Shown here piece after piece: positions 28,288-39,465 of a stretch of DNA of 64,000 bases. The notes beneath the pieces are model-generated. The model was not told the DNA's origin, ran no database searches, and saw nothing but the letters and a program-made list of their open reading frames with translations. The stretch covers positions 32,001 to 96,000 of the forward strand of contig CAVWIP010000014.1 of the NCBI GenBank assembly GCA_963755125.1, in the 5' to 3' direction. Both the position numbers and the translations under genes were made by a program. This DNA comes from an uncultured delta proteobacterium. Lineage in GTDB: Bacteria > Myxococcota_A > Polyangia > Fen-1088. The number at the start of each line of letters is the position of its first letter. The first letter of the stretch is position 1.

Positions 28288-29010
28288 ATGCTGTCTGCGT
28301 CCCGCCACGCTCTCATCATCGGAAACTCCGATGGTATCGGCCTGCACAGCACCCGGCGGCTGCTCGATCGCGGCTGGCAGGTCACCGGCATCTCGCGCCG
28401 GGCAAGCCCGGTCGCGCACACCGGTTATCAGCACCACGTGCTCGACGTCAGCCAGCGCGACTACGTCGAGAGACTGGTCGCGATCCTGGGCCCGAGGTCA
28501 GTCGATACCTGCATCTACTGCGCGGGCATTGGCGGCTCGTCCGATCCGAAGGATGTGGGCAGCGACGTCCACGTCTTCGAGGTGAATCTGATGGGCGCTC
28601 TGCACACGGCGGCCGTGCTGGTGCCTGTGATGGTCGCGGCCGGTCGCGGGCATCTGGTGGTGCTGTCCAGCCAGGCTGATGGCTTGGTTCTGGCCCGTGC
28701 GCCGTCCTACGCGGCCTCCAAGGCGGCGCTGTCGAGCTACTTCGAGAGTCTAGGCCTGGCCCTGCGGCCACACGGCGTGGCGGTCAGCAACCTGCGCCTT
28801 GGATTCGTCGATACAAAGATGGCGCGCGCCACGCTACGGCCATTCATGTACACACTCGACCAGGCGGTGGACGCGGTTGAGTGTGTACTACGCAAACGTC
28901 CTCTGCGCCTGACCCGGCCTCTTGCCATGGCGTTGCTGGTGCGCCTAGTCGCGTGGCTCGGTCGTTGGCGGGTGTTTCTCACGCGCGGCCCGACCTCGCC
29001 TCGGACGTGA
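28288..29010 (+). CDS. SDR family oxidoreductase
   Basis: IIGNSDGIG, YAASKAAL, GFVDTKM. Confidence 0.88.
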   Translation: MLSASRHALIIGNSDGIGLHSTRRLLDRGWQVTGISRRASPVAHTGYQHHVLDVSQRDYVERLVAILGPRSVDTCIYCAGIGGSSDPKDVGSDVHVFEVNLMGALHTAAVLVPVMVAAGRGHLVVLSSQADGLVLARAPSYAASKAALSSYFESLGLALRPHGVAVSNLRLGFVDTKMARATLRPFMYTLDQAVDAVECVLRKRPLRLTRPLAMALLVRLVAWLGRWRVFLTRGPTSPRT

Positions 29011-29182
29011 CCGTATTCTTTCGCCTAGTGCCGCCGGTCAGCTAGCGCACCGAAGGCTCGAGCACGGTCAAACGGGCGAAAGAGGCGCGGCGCACGACAT
29101 GACTGTCAGAGTTTGGTCGCAGGCGTCCATCCGGCTGGCCGAGTGATCGCAATCGACGATCGGCAGGTGCTGTTCCGGCGCC

Positions 29183-31021
29183 TTACGAGCCGACCACCTT
29201 GAGCATCGTCACGCCGTGCGATGGCACCGTGGCCGTGTACTGGGTGGCCGTGGAACCGAGATCCGTGTGGGACCAGAGGTCGCGCACAGTGGCGGAGGTG
29301 GAGGTCATTCCCAGGCTGGCCCAGGTCACTGTGATGGCGGCGCTGGCTGTGGTCCGATTGAACAAGACCACGGCATAGGTCTGATCTTCCGAAAGCTTTT
29401 TCGACCACACTTCCAGCGTCGTGCTGGTGCTAATGGGCTTGCCCTGGATACCAAGCGGATCTTGGTCGACGGCAATGACGTCGGCATTGGTCAGGATGTT
29501 CGCGGTTGACGCTGTCATGCTCCTGATGTCGTTGCCGGCGATCAAGGGCGCGGCCATGATGGCCCACAAACTGAAGTGAGACTGGTACTCCGCGTCGGTC
29601 ATTCCTCCGTTGCCCACTTCGAGCATGTCGGGGTCGTTCCAGTGCCCCGGACTGGCATACTGGGCAATCCCGGGTGAACCGTAGTTGGCATCGCTGTAGC
29701 GAGGCGTCCAGCCGCCGTTCGCGTCGAGGTTTGCGGTGAAGCTGGCCCAGGTGTCTTTGATGTCACCGGTTGTCCGCCAGAGCTGACCGATGCTTGTTTC
29801 CCAAGTGTAGAACCACCAGGCGCAGATGCTGAACACGATGGGACGCCCCGACGCTTTCAGGGCATTGGACATGTTTGTGTAGTCCGTCTGCATGTTCGAA
29901 CCCGTGGCGGGACTGCAGTTGTCGTACTTCAGGTAGTCCACGCCCCACGAGGCGTAGGTCTGCGCATCCTGTGTCTCATGACCATAGGAGCCTGGACGGC
30001 CGGAACAGGTCTGCGTGCCGCGGTCGGAGTACAGACCAAGTTTCAGTCCCTTGCCGTGCACATAGTCGGCGAGGGCTTTCATGCCGTTCGGGAACTTGGT
30101 GCCGTCGGGCACGATGTTGCCGCTCGAGTCGCGGCTGGTGGCCTGCCACATGTCATCGATGTTGATGAATTGGTAGCCGGCAGCCTGCATGCCGGTCGAT
30201 ACCATCGCATCTGCGATTCCCCTCACCAGGGTGTCCGTGATGCTGCCGCCGAACTTGTTCCAGCTATTCCAGCCCATGGGAGGCGTGGCCGCGAGGGCGC
30301 CACTCGCGGCCGTACCCGCCGAGCCTGCGGTGCCTCCGGTCGCGCCTCCGCTTGCAGTTGTGCCGCCGAGGACTGTGCCTGCGGTCGCGGTCCCGCCCGC
30401 AGCCGAGCCGCCGGTCGCTCTGCCGCCGGTGCCCGAGCCTCCGGTTGTGCTGCCACCGGTCGCCCTGCCACCAGGACCGGAACCACCGATTGCGCTGCCG
30501 CCAATCGCGCTACCGCCGGTGGCTCTGCCGCCGGTGCCAGAGCCGCCAGTCGTGCTGCTGGCCGTCGTGTCGCCTCCGGTGGTGCTGCCCCCCGTGGCCT
30601 CGCCGCCTGCTGGCCTGCCGCCAGTACTGGACGCGCCGCCGGTGCCCGTGCCTCCTGATGCCTGACTCGTACCGCCGGTAGGAATGCCGCCAACCGGTTC
30701 ACCGCCGGTGGCACTTCCGCCGGTCGTCTGAGGAGTGCTCGTGCTACCACCAGTCACGGAACCGCCCGTGACACCGCCAATCGTTGCCTGGGGAGTGCCT
30801 ATGCTGCCGCCAGTCCCAGCACCTGACGTTCCGCTGCCGCCGGCCGGTTGCGTGCCGCCGGTGCCGACACTGGCCGGTGTTCCGCTGGAACACCCAGCCG
30901 CCAACAGAGCGCCTGCCAAGCAGACCAGAAGCCCTCCGCGCAAGAGAGAGTCGCATTTGTGCAGCTGCGAGCCCTGATGATGCTGGGGAAGCCCGCCTCG
31001 GTGAAATGTCATGTCCTGCAT
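29183..31021 (-). CDS. GH27 alpha-galactosidase lipoprotein with Gly/Thr linker
   Basis: LAATPPMGWNSWN, NIDD, DYLKYDNC, WRTTGDI, WNDPDMLEVG. Confidence 0.93.
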   Translation of the reverse strand: MQDMTFHRGGLPQHHQGSQLHKCDSLLRGGLLVCLAGALLAAGCSSGTPASVGTGGTQPAGGSGTSGAGTGGSIGTPQATIGGVTGGSVTGGSTSTPQTTGGSATGGEPVGGIPTGGTSQASGGTGTGGASSTGGRPAGGEATGGSTTGGDTTASSTTGGSGTGGRATGGSAIGGSAIGGSGPGGRATGGSTTGGSGTGGRATGGSAAGGTATAGTVLGGTTASGGATGGTAGSAGTAASGALAATPPMGWNSWNKFGGSITDTLVRGIADAMVSTGMQAAGYQFINIDDMWQATSRDSSGNIVPDGTKFPNGMKALADYVHGKGLKLGLYSDRGTQTCSGRPGSYGHETQDAQTYASWGVDYLKYDNCSPATGSNMQTDYTNMSNALKASGRPIVFSICAWWFYTWETSIGQLWRTTGDIKDTWASFTANLDANGGWTPRYSDANYGSPGIAQYASPGHWNDPDMLEVGNGGMTDAEYQSHFSLWAIMAAPLIAGNDIRSMTASTANILTNADVIAVDQDPLGIQGKPISTSTTLEVWSKKLSEDQTYAVVLFNRTTASAAITVTWASLGMTSTSATVRDLWSHTDLGSTATQYTATVPSHGVTMLKVVGS

Positions 31022-31447
31022 GTCCTTTGTGGCTGGCAGCCAATTGTCACGGCGAGAAGCCCTTCTAGCGAGCGACGGTGCTCAAATAGTCTGCCTTGTT
31101 GCAGAGCAGCAAGTCAACCGACTCCGGCGAACAGTGCTCGCCTCTGCTTTCATAGGGTCCAGGGCGGCCAATAGCTTCAACCGAACCTGGTTGAGTTGCC
31201 GATCTTGGAGCATCGCGTCTTGGCCTCGCTGGACTTCAAGGATCCAAACGGCTCACGAAACTGAGCACGAATCTTCGGGAGGCGATTGAGCCGCGCTGCC
31301 CCGGGCATTGCCCGCACTTGACCCAAGCGACGCTATCGGCGACGCTGACGCCCGGATGAAGGCAAGGCATGTTCTGGGCAGAAACAGCCTTCTGTTTCCG
31401 CCTGGGATGTCCGCAACCGCGTTGCCGAGCTAGCGGAACGAGAAGAA

Positions 31448-32281
31448 ATGGTCGTCGACTCTCATCATCACTTCTGGCGTTACAACTCGGCCGAGTACGG
31501 CTGGATAGACGACAGCATGGCAGCGCTCCGGCGCGATTTTCTGCCCGCGGACTTGCGGCGAGAGATGGGGGCAGCAGGCGTCGACGCGGTTGTGAGCGTG
31601 CAGGCCCGCCAGAGCGTCGAGGAGACCCGCTGGTTGCTCGATTTTGCCGCACAGAACCCCTTCATCGCGGGTGTGGTGGGCTGGGTGCCCCTGGTGTCGC
31701 CGACGGTGGACGCGGATCTCGCGCGGTTCGCTGCCCATCCCAAGCTGGTAGCCATCCGTCACGTGCTGCAGGATGAACCTGATTCGCGCTTCATGCTGCG
31801 CGCGGATTTCCAAACGGGGATCCGGGCGCTGCGGGCCTTCAACCTGACCTACGACATTCTCATCTATGATCGACACCTGCCCCAGACCATCGAGTTTGTG
31901 GACCAGCATCCCGCGCAGCCCTTTGTCGTCGATCATATGGCCAAGCCTTCCATCAAGCAGGGCCTGATCGAGCCCTGGGCGCGCGGCATGCGCGAATTGG
32001 CGCGACGGCCTCACGTTTACTGCAAGCTGTCCGGCATGGTCACCGAGATTGGCCGCCCGCACTGGAGCATCGCGGACTTTCGCCCCTACGTCGATGTCGT
32101 GCTGGAGGCGTTCGGGCCCGGGCGCGTGCTGTTCGGCAGCGACTGGCCGGTGTGTCTGGTCGCCTGCGGCTACGCGCGCTGGAAGGAGATCGTGCAGGAG
32201 ATCATCGCGCCCTTGTCGTCCGGAGAGCGCACTGCCATTCTCGGTGACAACGCCCGTCGCGTGTACAGGCTGAGAGATTAA
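31448..32281 (+). CDS. COG3618 sugar lactonase (L-fucono/L-galactono-lactonase-like amidohydrolase)
   Basis: VDSHHHFW, VVSVQA, DHMAKP, CKLSG, LFGSDWPV. Confidence 0.88.
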   Translation: MVVDSHHHFWRYNSAEYGWIDDSMAALRRDFLPADLRREMGAAGVDAVVSVQARQSVEETRWLLDFAAQNPFIAGVVGWVPLVSPTVDADLARFAAHPKLVAIRHVLQDEPDSRFMLRADFQTGIRALRAFNLTYDILIYDRHLPQTIEFVDQHPAQPFVVDHMAKPSIKQGLIEPWARGMRELARRPHVYCKLSGMVTEIGRPHWSIADFRPYVDVVLEAFGPGRVLFGSDWPVCLVACGYARWKEIVQEIIAPLSSGERTAILGDNARRVYRLRD

Positions 32282-33303
32282 TGAAAGCGCTCTTCATCAC
32301 AGCACCGGGAAAGACTGAGGTGCGGGAGGTTGCGCGGCCCGAGCCCCGACCCGGCGAGGTGCGCGTTCGTGTGCGCTATCTCGGATACTGTGGCTCTGAC
32401 CTCAATACCTTTCGCGGGCTCAATCCCCTGGTGAGCTACCCCCGCGTGCCCGGGCACGAGCTTGCAGGCGTGATCGATGCGGTCGGCTCTGAAGTGTCGG
32501 ACGCTTTCGCGTCGGGCACTCCGGTGCTGGTGGTCCCCTACACGAACTGTGGCGACTGCTCCGCGTGCCGCAAAGGGCGTCCCAATGCCTGTCGCAACAA
32601 CCAGACCCTCGGCGTGCAGCGCGACGGCGGCCTGGCGGAGGAGATCGTGGTTCCCGCGACCAAGTTGCTCACCTCGCGGCGACTGTCGTTGCGAGACATG
32701 GTTCTGGTCGAGCCGCTGTCCGTGGGCTGGCACGCCGCCCGGCGCGGTCGGGCCGCCGCGGGCGACACGGTGGTGGTGTTCGGTTGCGGGATGGTCGGCC
32801 TGGGCGCCATCGCGTCTGCCGCTGCGGCAGGGGCGCGGGTCGTCGCTGTCGATGTCGATGATGGGAAGCTCGGCATCGGGCGCGCTGCAGGCGCCGCCGA
32901 GACCATCAACTCGAAGACCGATGATCTGCACCGACGGCTTCAGACGCTGACCCACGATTGTGGTCCCGATCTGCTCGTCGAGGGCGTGGGCCTGCCCGAA
33001 ACCTTCCGCGCCTGCGTCGAGGAAGCGTGTTTCGCGGGGCGCGTGGTCTACGTCGGCTACGCCAAGGAACCCGTCGAATACGCCACCAAGAACTTCGTGA
33101 TGAAGGAGATCGACATCATGGGCTCGCGCAACGCGACTTCTGATGACTTTCGCGGAGTGATCTCGCACCTGGAGGCTGGACGTTTCCCGGTAGACGCGGT
33201 CATCACCCACGTGGTTCCCTTTGCCGACGCCGGCGCCGCGCTGACCATGTGGGACAACAATCCAAAGACTGTCACCAAGATCGTGGTCGATTTCGGAGGA
33301 TGA
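32281..33303 (+). CDS. Zn-dependent dehydrogenase, L-galactonate dehydrogenase-like
   Basis: CGSDL, GHE, CGDCSAC..C, NQTLGVQRDGG, GSRNA. Confidence 0.85.
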   Translation: MKALFITAPGKTEVREVARPEPRPGEVRVRVRYLGYCGSDLNTFRGLNPLVSYPRVPGHELAGVIDAVGSEVSDAFASGTPVLVVPYTNCGDCSACRKGRPNACRNNQTLGVQRDGGLAEEIVVPATKLLTSRRLSLRDMVLVEPLSVGWHAARRGRAAAGDTVVVFGCGMVGLGAIASAAAAGARVVAVDVDDGKLGIGRAAGAAETINSKTDDLHRRLQTLTHDCGPDLLVEGVGLPETFRACVEEACFAGRVVYVGYAKEPVEYATKNFVMKEIDIMGSRNATSDDFRGVISHLEAGRFPVDAVITHVVPFADAGAALTMWDNNPKTVTKIVVDFGG

Positions 33304-34634
33304 TGGCTGTGCCAAAACTGTTCCGCGGCGAAAATGGTCGTAGCCATTTCTTCACCTTTCTGCTGGTCTGCTCGCTCTTTCTGCTCTGGGGATTGTGCAA
33401 CGGCATGATCGACGTGCTGAACAAGCACTTCCAGAATTCATTGCACGTCTCCAAGGCCCAGTCAGCCCTGGTGCAGTTCTCGAACTACATGGGCTACTTT
33501 CTCATGGCTATTCCGTCCGGGATGCTGGCCCGGCGCTTCGGCTACAAAGGCGGGATCATCCTTGGCTTGGCGCTCATTGCTATTGGCGCCTTTTGGTTCA
33601 TTCCCGCGACCCAGATCGGCACGTTCAGCGCTTTCCTGGTCGGCCTCTTCATCCTGGCCACCGGTCTGACCTGTCTCGAGACGGTCGCCAATCCCTACGC
33701 GACGGCGCTGGGCCCGCCGGAACTGGGCGCGGCCCGCATCAACCTGGCGCAGAGTTGCAACGGTGTCGGCTGGATGCTCGGTCCTCTGCTGGGCGGGCAT
33801 TTTGTCCTCTCCTCCACCGCCGAGGTCAATCGCAGCAATGCGACGCTCTATATGCCGTATCTCGGCATTGCCTTGGTGGTGACGGTCTTGCTGGTCATCT
33901 TCCTGCTGTCCAAGGTGCCGGAGGTGGCAGCGACGTCCGAGCAGAATTCGGAGGGCGGGGCGGCGGACCCGGGACGCTCGATCTGGCGGCGGCCGCACTT
34001 CGTGCTGGCAGTGGCGGCGCAGTTTCTCTACGTGGCCGCGCAAACCGGCGTGTTCAGCTTCTTCATCAACTATGTCGTGTCCGACATGCCCAGGCTCAGT
34101 GCTTGGGCCGCCGGGCTGTTACCTAGCGAATGGACCTACCCGAAAGACGGAGCATTTCAGATCACCGAGCGCGCAGCGTCCCGGCTGCTCGCTTTCGGCG
34201 GCTTCGGGCTGTTCCTGCTCGGTCGTTTTACGGGCAGCCTGGCGCTGGGCTGGTTCAAGGCAGAGAAGACCCTCGCGCTCTTCGCGGCGGTGAACGTCGT
34301 GGTCATGGGTTTGGTGATGGCGCCGCTCGGCTGGATCTCGGTGGGCGCGCTGTTTGTCAGCTTCTTCTTCATGTCGATCATGTTCCCCACCATCTTCGCG
34401 CTCGGCATCCAGGGGCTGGGCCCGCAGACCAAGAAGGCCTCCGCGTTCATCGTGATGGCCATCGTCGGTGGTGCCATCATGCCCATGCTGATGGGTTGGT
34501 TTGCCGACGTCACCTCCATGCGCGTCGCCTTCGTGGTGCCTCTGTTTTGTTTCGCGGGGATCGCTGGCTACGGCGGGCTGTGGCCGCGCCTGGCTGCAGG
34601 TGGCGCGGGCGGCGCATTGGCAGAGCGGCGATAG
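33300..34634 (+). CDS. fucP: FucP-family sugar:H+ symporter (MFS)
   Basis: [43 protein letters not shown]. Confidence 0.85.
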   Translation: MMAVPKLFRGENGRSHFFTFLLVCSLFLLWGLCNGMIDVLNKHFQNSLHVSKAQSALVQFSNYMGYFLMAIPSGMLARRFGYKGGIILGLALIAIGAFWFIPATQIGTFSAFLVGLFILATGLTCLETVANPYATALGPPELGAARINLAQSCNGVGWMLGPLLGGHFVLSSTAEVNRSNATLYMPYLGIALVVTVLLVIFLLSKVPEVAATSEQNSEGGAADPGRSIWRRPHFVLAVAAQFLYVAAQTGVFSFFINYVVSDMPRLSAWAAGLLPSEWTYPKDGAFQITERAASRLLAFGGFGLFLLGRFTGSLALGWFKAEKTLALFAAVNVVVMGLVMAPLGWISVGALFVSFFFMSIMFPTIFALGIQGLGPQTKKASAFIVMAIVGGAIMPMLMGWFADVTSMRVAFVVPLFCFAGIAGYGGLWPRLAAGGAGGALAERR

Positions 34635-34701
34635 GCTACCGCGTGCGCCATTGTCGGAATGCGAATTGGGCCATGCAGGACCTGCCGAGAAAGGGGTTGC
34701 C

Positions 34702-37104
34702 GTGAAACTGCACGCTTCGCTCATGACCGCCGCTATCGCGATCGAGGCAGGCTCACCTGCCAGCGCCGAGACCGCTTACAAGATTCCTGCATTCAGCGGC
34801 CAGCTTGTCGGCCAATCCTCGGCGCCCGCGGAGCCGCTGTCGCTCTGGTACCGGCGACCAGCCATCGAGTGGGAACAGGCATTGCCAGTCGGCAACGGCC
34901 GATTGGGCGCCATGGTCTTCGGTGGCATCGTGCAGGAACACCTCACTTTGAACGAAGACACGCTGTGGAGCGGAGGGCCCTACGACCCAACCAATCGCGA
35001 GGCACTCTCGGCGCTGCCCCAGGTGCGCGCGTTGATTTTCGCAGGTAAGTACCGCGAGGCACACAAACTGGTGGAAGCAAAGATGATGGCTCGGCCACTC
35101 TGGCAGGCTGCCTACCAGCCTGTCGGAAGTCTGCTGCTGACCTTTCCCGAGGTCGCCGCGGTGGACAATTACCGGCGCGATCTCGACCTGGACAGAGCCA
35201 TCGCGCGCGTCAGCTACCAGGTCAATGGCGTCCATTTCGTGCGCGAGGTTTTCGCGAGCCCGGTCGATCAGGTGATCGTGGTGCGGCTGTCAGCGGACAA
35301 GCCGGGCCAGATCGGGTTTTCCGCGCGTCTCGCCACGCCGCAGACCGGGACGGTGACGACCACAACCGACGACACCCTGGTCTTGGCCGGGCGCAATGGC
35401 AAGAGCCCGGCAGGCCCCGGTCAACTGAAGTTTCAGGCGCGCGTGCGGGTGGCCGCGCTCGGTGGAAAGACAACAGTTGGCAAAGATGTGATCAGCGTCG
35501 CAGGCGCGGACTCGGCCACTTTGCTGGTGGCCATGGCCACCAGTTTCAAGAGCTACAAGGATGTCTCGGGCGATCCCGAGGCGCAGAGCACGCGCCAACT
35601 GGTGGCTGCCGCCGCGAAGTCCTACCAGGATCTGCGCGGGGCCCACATTGCCGAGCATCAGCGGTTGTTCCGCCGTGTGACCCTCGATTTGGGGACCGGC
35701 CAGGCGGCGCGCTTGCCGACCGATGAACGATTGCTCGCTTTCGGAAAAGGGAACGATCCCCAATTCGCCGCGCTCTACTTTCAGTTTGGCCGCTACTTGC
35801 TCATCTCCAGTTCGCGGCCGGGCGGACAGCCCGCCAACCTGCAGGGACTGTGGAACCATCACATGGAGCCGCCTTGGGGCAGCAAGTACACCATCAACAT
35901 CAACACCGAGATGAACTACTGGCCGGCCGAGACGACCAATCTGAGTGAGTGTAGTGAACCCCTGTTCCGCCTGATTGAAGAATTGTCCGAGACCGGAAGC
36001 CGCACCGCCAAGGTTCACTACGCCGCGCGCGGCTGGGTCGCGCATCACAACACCGATCTGTGGCGTGCATCGGCGCCCATCGACGGCCCGACCTGGGGCA
36101 TGTGGCCGATGGGCGGGGCGTGGCTGTCGCTGCACCTGTGGCAGCACTATCTCTTCAATCCTGACCCGAGTTTTCTGGCCAAGGTCTATCCGCTCATGCG
36201 CGGGGCTGCGCAATTCTTCCTGGACACGCTCATACCGGAGCCCAAGCACGGCTATCTGGTGAACAATCCGTCGCTGTCACCCGAAAACGAGCACCCATAC
36301 GGGGCCAGCGTGGTGGCGGGCCCGACCATGGACGCGCAGATCCTACGGGATCTGTTTGCCGCGTGTATTCGCGCTGCGGAGATCCTGGGCGTCGATGCAG
36401 AGCTGCGTGAGCAAATGGCCGCGACGCGCGGGCGTTTGCCGCCCAATCGGATCGGGGCGCAGGGGCAATTGCAAGAATGGCTCGAAGATTGGGACCAGGC
36501 CGCGCCCGAGATCCACCATCGGCATGTCTCGCATCTCTGGGGCCTTTTCCCTAGCACGCAGATTTCCCTGCGCGACACACCGGCCTTGGCCGCGGCCGCG
36601 CGACGCTCGCTGGAAATGCGCGGCGACGACGCCACGGGGTGGGGTCTGGCGTGGCGGTCTGCCCTGTGGGCGCGCCTGCACGACGGTGAGCACGCGTACA
36701 AGATCTTCACGGCTTTGCTGCAGCCCGAGCACACCTATCCCAATCTCTTCGATAGCTGTCCGCCCTTCCAGATCGACGGCAATTTCGGCGGGACCGCGGC
36801 TATCGCCGAGTTGCTGCTGCAGAGCCGCAACGGCGAGATCGAGTTGTTGCCCGCGCTGCCCGCCGCCTGGTCCGCCGGTGCGGTGAGAGGGCTGCGCGCG
36901 CAGGGTGGATTTGAAGTCGACATTCGCTGGAAACGCAAGCAACTGGAGAGCGCTACCCTGCGCAGCCACGTCGGCGGAAAGGCCGTGGTCCGCTACGATG
37001 ATCGCCAGCAGACAGTCGAATTGGCGGCAGGCAAGAGCAAGACACTTTCGATGAAATCCTTTGCGACACGGCTTCCTGATGGGACGAAGGGGAATCCACA
37101 ATGA
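34702..37104 (+). CDS. GH95 alpha-L-fucosidase/alpha-L-galactosidase
   Basis: [54 protein letters not shown]. Confidence 0.94.
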   Translation: MKLHASLMTAAIAIEAGSPASAETAYKIPAFSGQLVGQSSAPAEPLSLWYRRPAIEWEQALPVGNGRLGAMVFGGIVQEHLTLNEDTLWSGGPYDPTNREALSALPQVRALIFAGKYREAHKLVEAKMMARPLWQAAYQPVGSLLLTFPEVAAVDNYRRDLDLDRAIARVSYQVNGVHFVREVFASPVDQVIVVRLSADKPGQIGFSARLATPQTGTVTTTTDDTLVLAGRNGKSPAGPGQLKFQARVRVAALGGKTTVGKDVISVAGADSATLLVAMATSFKSYKDVSGDPEAQSTRQLVAAAAKSYQDLRGAHIAEHQRLFRRVTLDLGTGQAARLPTDERLLAFGKGNDPQFAALYFQFGRYLLISSSRPGGQPANLQGLWNHHMEPPWGSKYTININTEMNYWPAETTNLSECSEPLFRLIEELSETGSRTAKVHYAARGWVAHHNTDLWRASAPIDGPTWGMWPMGGAWLSLHLWQHYLFNPDPSFLAKVYPLMRGAAQFFLDTLIPEPKHGYLVNNPSLSPENEHPYGASVVAGPTMDAQILRDLFAACIRAAEILGVDAELREQMAATRGRLPPNRIGAQGQLQEWLEDWDQAAPEIHHRHVSHLWGLFPSTQISLRDTPALAAAARRSLEMRGDDATGWGLAWRSALWARLHDGEHAYKIFTALLQPEHTYPNLFDSCPPFQIDGNFGGTAAIAELLLQSRNGEIELLPALPAAWSAGAVRGLRAQGGFEVDIRWKRKQLESATLRSHVGGKAVVRYDDRQQTVELAAGKSKTLSMKSFATRLPDGTKGNPQ

Positions 37105-37418
37105 ACCGATCGAACCCACTGTGTGCGATGGGCATTGGCGCCGCGCTGGTCCTCGTCGCGAATCCGCCAGCGGCTTTCGCCACGGTCCGGGTCGCCACAC
37201 TCATCGGAAGTCACATGATGGTCCAGCGGAACCGGCCGATCCGGCTGTGGGGGACAGCCGCCCCGGGCGAGTCGGTTCGGGCCACGCTGGCTGGCGGGAA
37301 GGCGGCGAAGCAGGCGGATATCGGCCCCCCGAACACCCTGAGAAACCAGGCCGACCTGCCGGCGGCGCCGTTTCGTAGCGACGAGTGGCCAGCCCCCTCG
37401 TCCGACGCGGGACCGTGA
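37101..37418 (+). pseudogene. Sialate O-acetylesterase-like gene with large internal in-frame deletion
   Basis: N-term LIGSHMMVQRNRPIRLWGTAAPGESV joined to C-term LRNQADLPAAPFRSDEW. Confidence 0.75.
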
Positions 37419-37520
37419 CGAAAGCCGGGATCACGGTCATACGGAATTCGACGTCACGATCCAAAGGGAAGCTTATCTTTGGGCCGAGCATGCGGCACGA
37501 TGGCACGTGCAGGATTGAGC

Positions 37521-39389
37521 ATGGCAACCCCACTTGATTCACGTCTGCAAAGGCGAGTTGACGACCAACTCCGTCTGGCGCAGCAGGCGCGGTTGCTGTC
37601 ACCCGATACGGCGGCCCCGTATTTTTCGCACATGCGGCTGGAGACGGACGGCCGGGTTCGCGACGTGTTGCTGGGTCCGCAGACGCGAACTGGCGGCGGT
37701 TTGGTCATCATCGACTGGCGAGATGCACCGCTGGCCGAGGTCTTTTTTTCATGCGCCGAGGGCGACGACTACGAGATCGAGGTCGGCGAGCGCACCCTGA
37801 CCGGCACGCTCACCGAGCGCAATCTGGTCGGTTTTTCGCACGGCGAGCTTGACGAAATCGAGTGCCCCGAAGGGCGACTCCGATCCCAAGACGGTGAGTG
37901 GCAGGTTGAGGCAGCGCGCAGCCTCGGGCTGGCGCTGCGGCCCGAGGCTGCACGCCTGCGCTCCAGCTCACCCGCGGACGTGGTGCTGGATGCAGCCCAG
38001 CGACGAATCGTCGAGCTGCCAGCCGGAAAGCCGGTGCTGCTCTTGGGCGAGGCGGGATTCGGCAAGACCACGGTGGCTCTGCATCGGCTGGCGCATCTGC
38101 GACAGCGGACCGAACCCGGGCTGCGCGCCGCCGTTATTGTGCCCACCGAGGGCTTGCGCCGTCTTTCGGCCGCGCTGCTCGAAAGACTGGGAGCGGGCGG
38201 CGTCGAGGTCTGGCTGTACGATCGCTGGGCAGGGGCCGAGGCCCGGCGCGCCTTTCACAAGCTGCCCGAGCGCGAAAGCCAGGACGCCAGCGCCGGGGTC
38301 ATCCGCATCAAGCGCGATCCGGCGCTGCGGGGTGTGCTGGCGGAGTTGGCGGCGAAATCGGCCACCCGGCCGCGTGGCGGGCGACGGACGCGGCGGCGGG
38401 ATCTGCTGCACCTCTTTGGGGACCGCGTGCTGATGCAGAAGCTGGCTGCAGCTTCCCAGCAGGGTATTGGCGCGGGTATGGTGGCCGAGATCCTGGAGCA
38501 CACGCACGTGCAGTTCAGCAACACCGCCGAGGAGGAATTCGAGCACGTGGACGCTGAGCGTTTGCTGACCGTGGACGGTCGGCCCATCGACGACGGCACA
38601 CCCATGGAGGATGCGGGCACCCTGGATACCGAGGACTACGCCGTGCTGTTCGAGATGGATCGGCTGCGAGCCGAGCGCGCGGGCGAGCGGCCAGCGCAGC
38701 CGCGCGCGTACGACTGCCTGGTGCTGGACGAGGCGCAGGAGTTTGCCCCGCTGGAACTGGCACTGATGGGCCGTGCGCTGGCGCCGGGTGGTAGTTTGAT
38801 CGTCGCGGGGGATGCGGACCAGCAGGTGGATTCCACGGCGTGTTTTTCCGGCTGGGCCGGGAGCATGGCCGAGCTGGGGTGCGCTGCCTACGAGACCGCC
38901 GTGCTGGAGATCAGCTACCGCTGCCCGCCAGACGTGACTGAGCTGGCCCGGCGAATCCTCGACGGTGGCAATGTGTGTTGGCCGCCCGGGCCGGCGACGG
39001 TGTGCAGGGAATTCGCCAACCAGTGCCACCAGGCCGATTGGCTGACCCGCGAGCTGCGCACGCTGCAGACCAGCGATGCGCGAGCGTCGGCGGCCATCAT
39101 CTGTCGCACGCGCGAGGCAGCTCGGCGCATGGCCCAGCACCTGCGGCGCGGGCTGGGCTTGCGACTGGCACTGGACGGCGACTATCAATTCGTGGGCGGC
39201 ATCAACGTCACCAGCGTGCAGGAAGCCAAGGGACTCGAGTTCGACTACGTGGTGATCCCTGATGCCTCGGCTGCGGTCTATCCCGCCACGCCCGTCGGCC
39301 GTCGCGCCTTGTACGTGGCGGTCACGCGCGCCTCGCACCAGCTAGTCCTATCCACCGTCGGGCCGTGGACGCAGATGTTAGGCCACTAG
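37521..39389 (+). CDS. HelD/UvrD-like SF1 ATPase
   Basis: PYF..IIDWRDAP N-domain; GEAGFGKT, DEAQE, GDADQQ, SYR, KGLEFD, LYVAVTRA. Confidence 0.85.
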   Translation: MATPLDSRLQRRVDDQLRLAQQARLLSPDTAAPYFSHMRLETDGRVRDVLLGPQTRTGGGLVIIDWRDAPLAEVFFSCAEGDDYEIEVGERTLTGTLTERNLVGFSHGELDEIECPEGRLRSQDGEWQVEAARSLGLALRPEAARLRSSSPADVVLDAAQRRIVELPAGKPVLLLGEAGFGKTTVALHRLAHLRQRTEPGLRAAVIVPTEGLRRLSAALLERLGAGGVEVWLYDRWAGAEARRAFHKLPERESQDASAGVIRIKRDPALRGVLAELAAKSATRPRGGRRTRRRDLLHLFGDRVLMQKLAAASQQGIGAGMVAEILEHTHVQFSNTAEEEFEHVDAERLLTVDGRPIDDGTPMEDAGTLDTEDYAVLFEMDRLRAERAGERPAQPRAYDCLVLDEAQEFAPLELALMGRALAPGGSLIVAGDADQQVDSTACFSGWAGSMAELGCAAYETAVLEISYRCPPDVTELARRILDGGNVCWPPGPATVCREFANQCHQADWLTRELRTLQTSDARASAAIICRTREAARRMAQHLRRGLGLRLALDGDYQFVGGINVTSVQEAKGLEFDYVVIPDASAAVYPATPVGRRALYVAVTRASHQLVLSTVGPWTQMLGH

Positions 39390-39465
39390 TGCCGGACTTG
39401 CGGTGCGGGACGTACCGGTCGGACCCTGCACCAAGAGGAAGGCGCGCGAACCTGCTGGCTATCGT

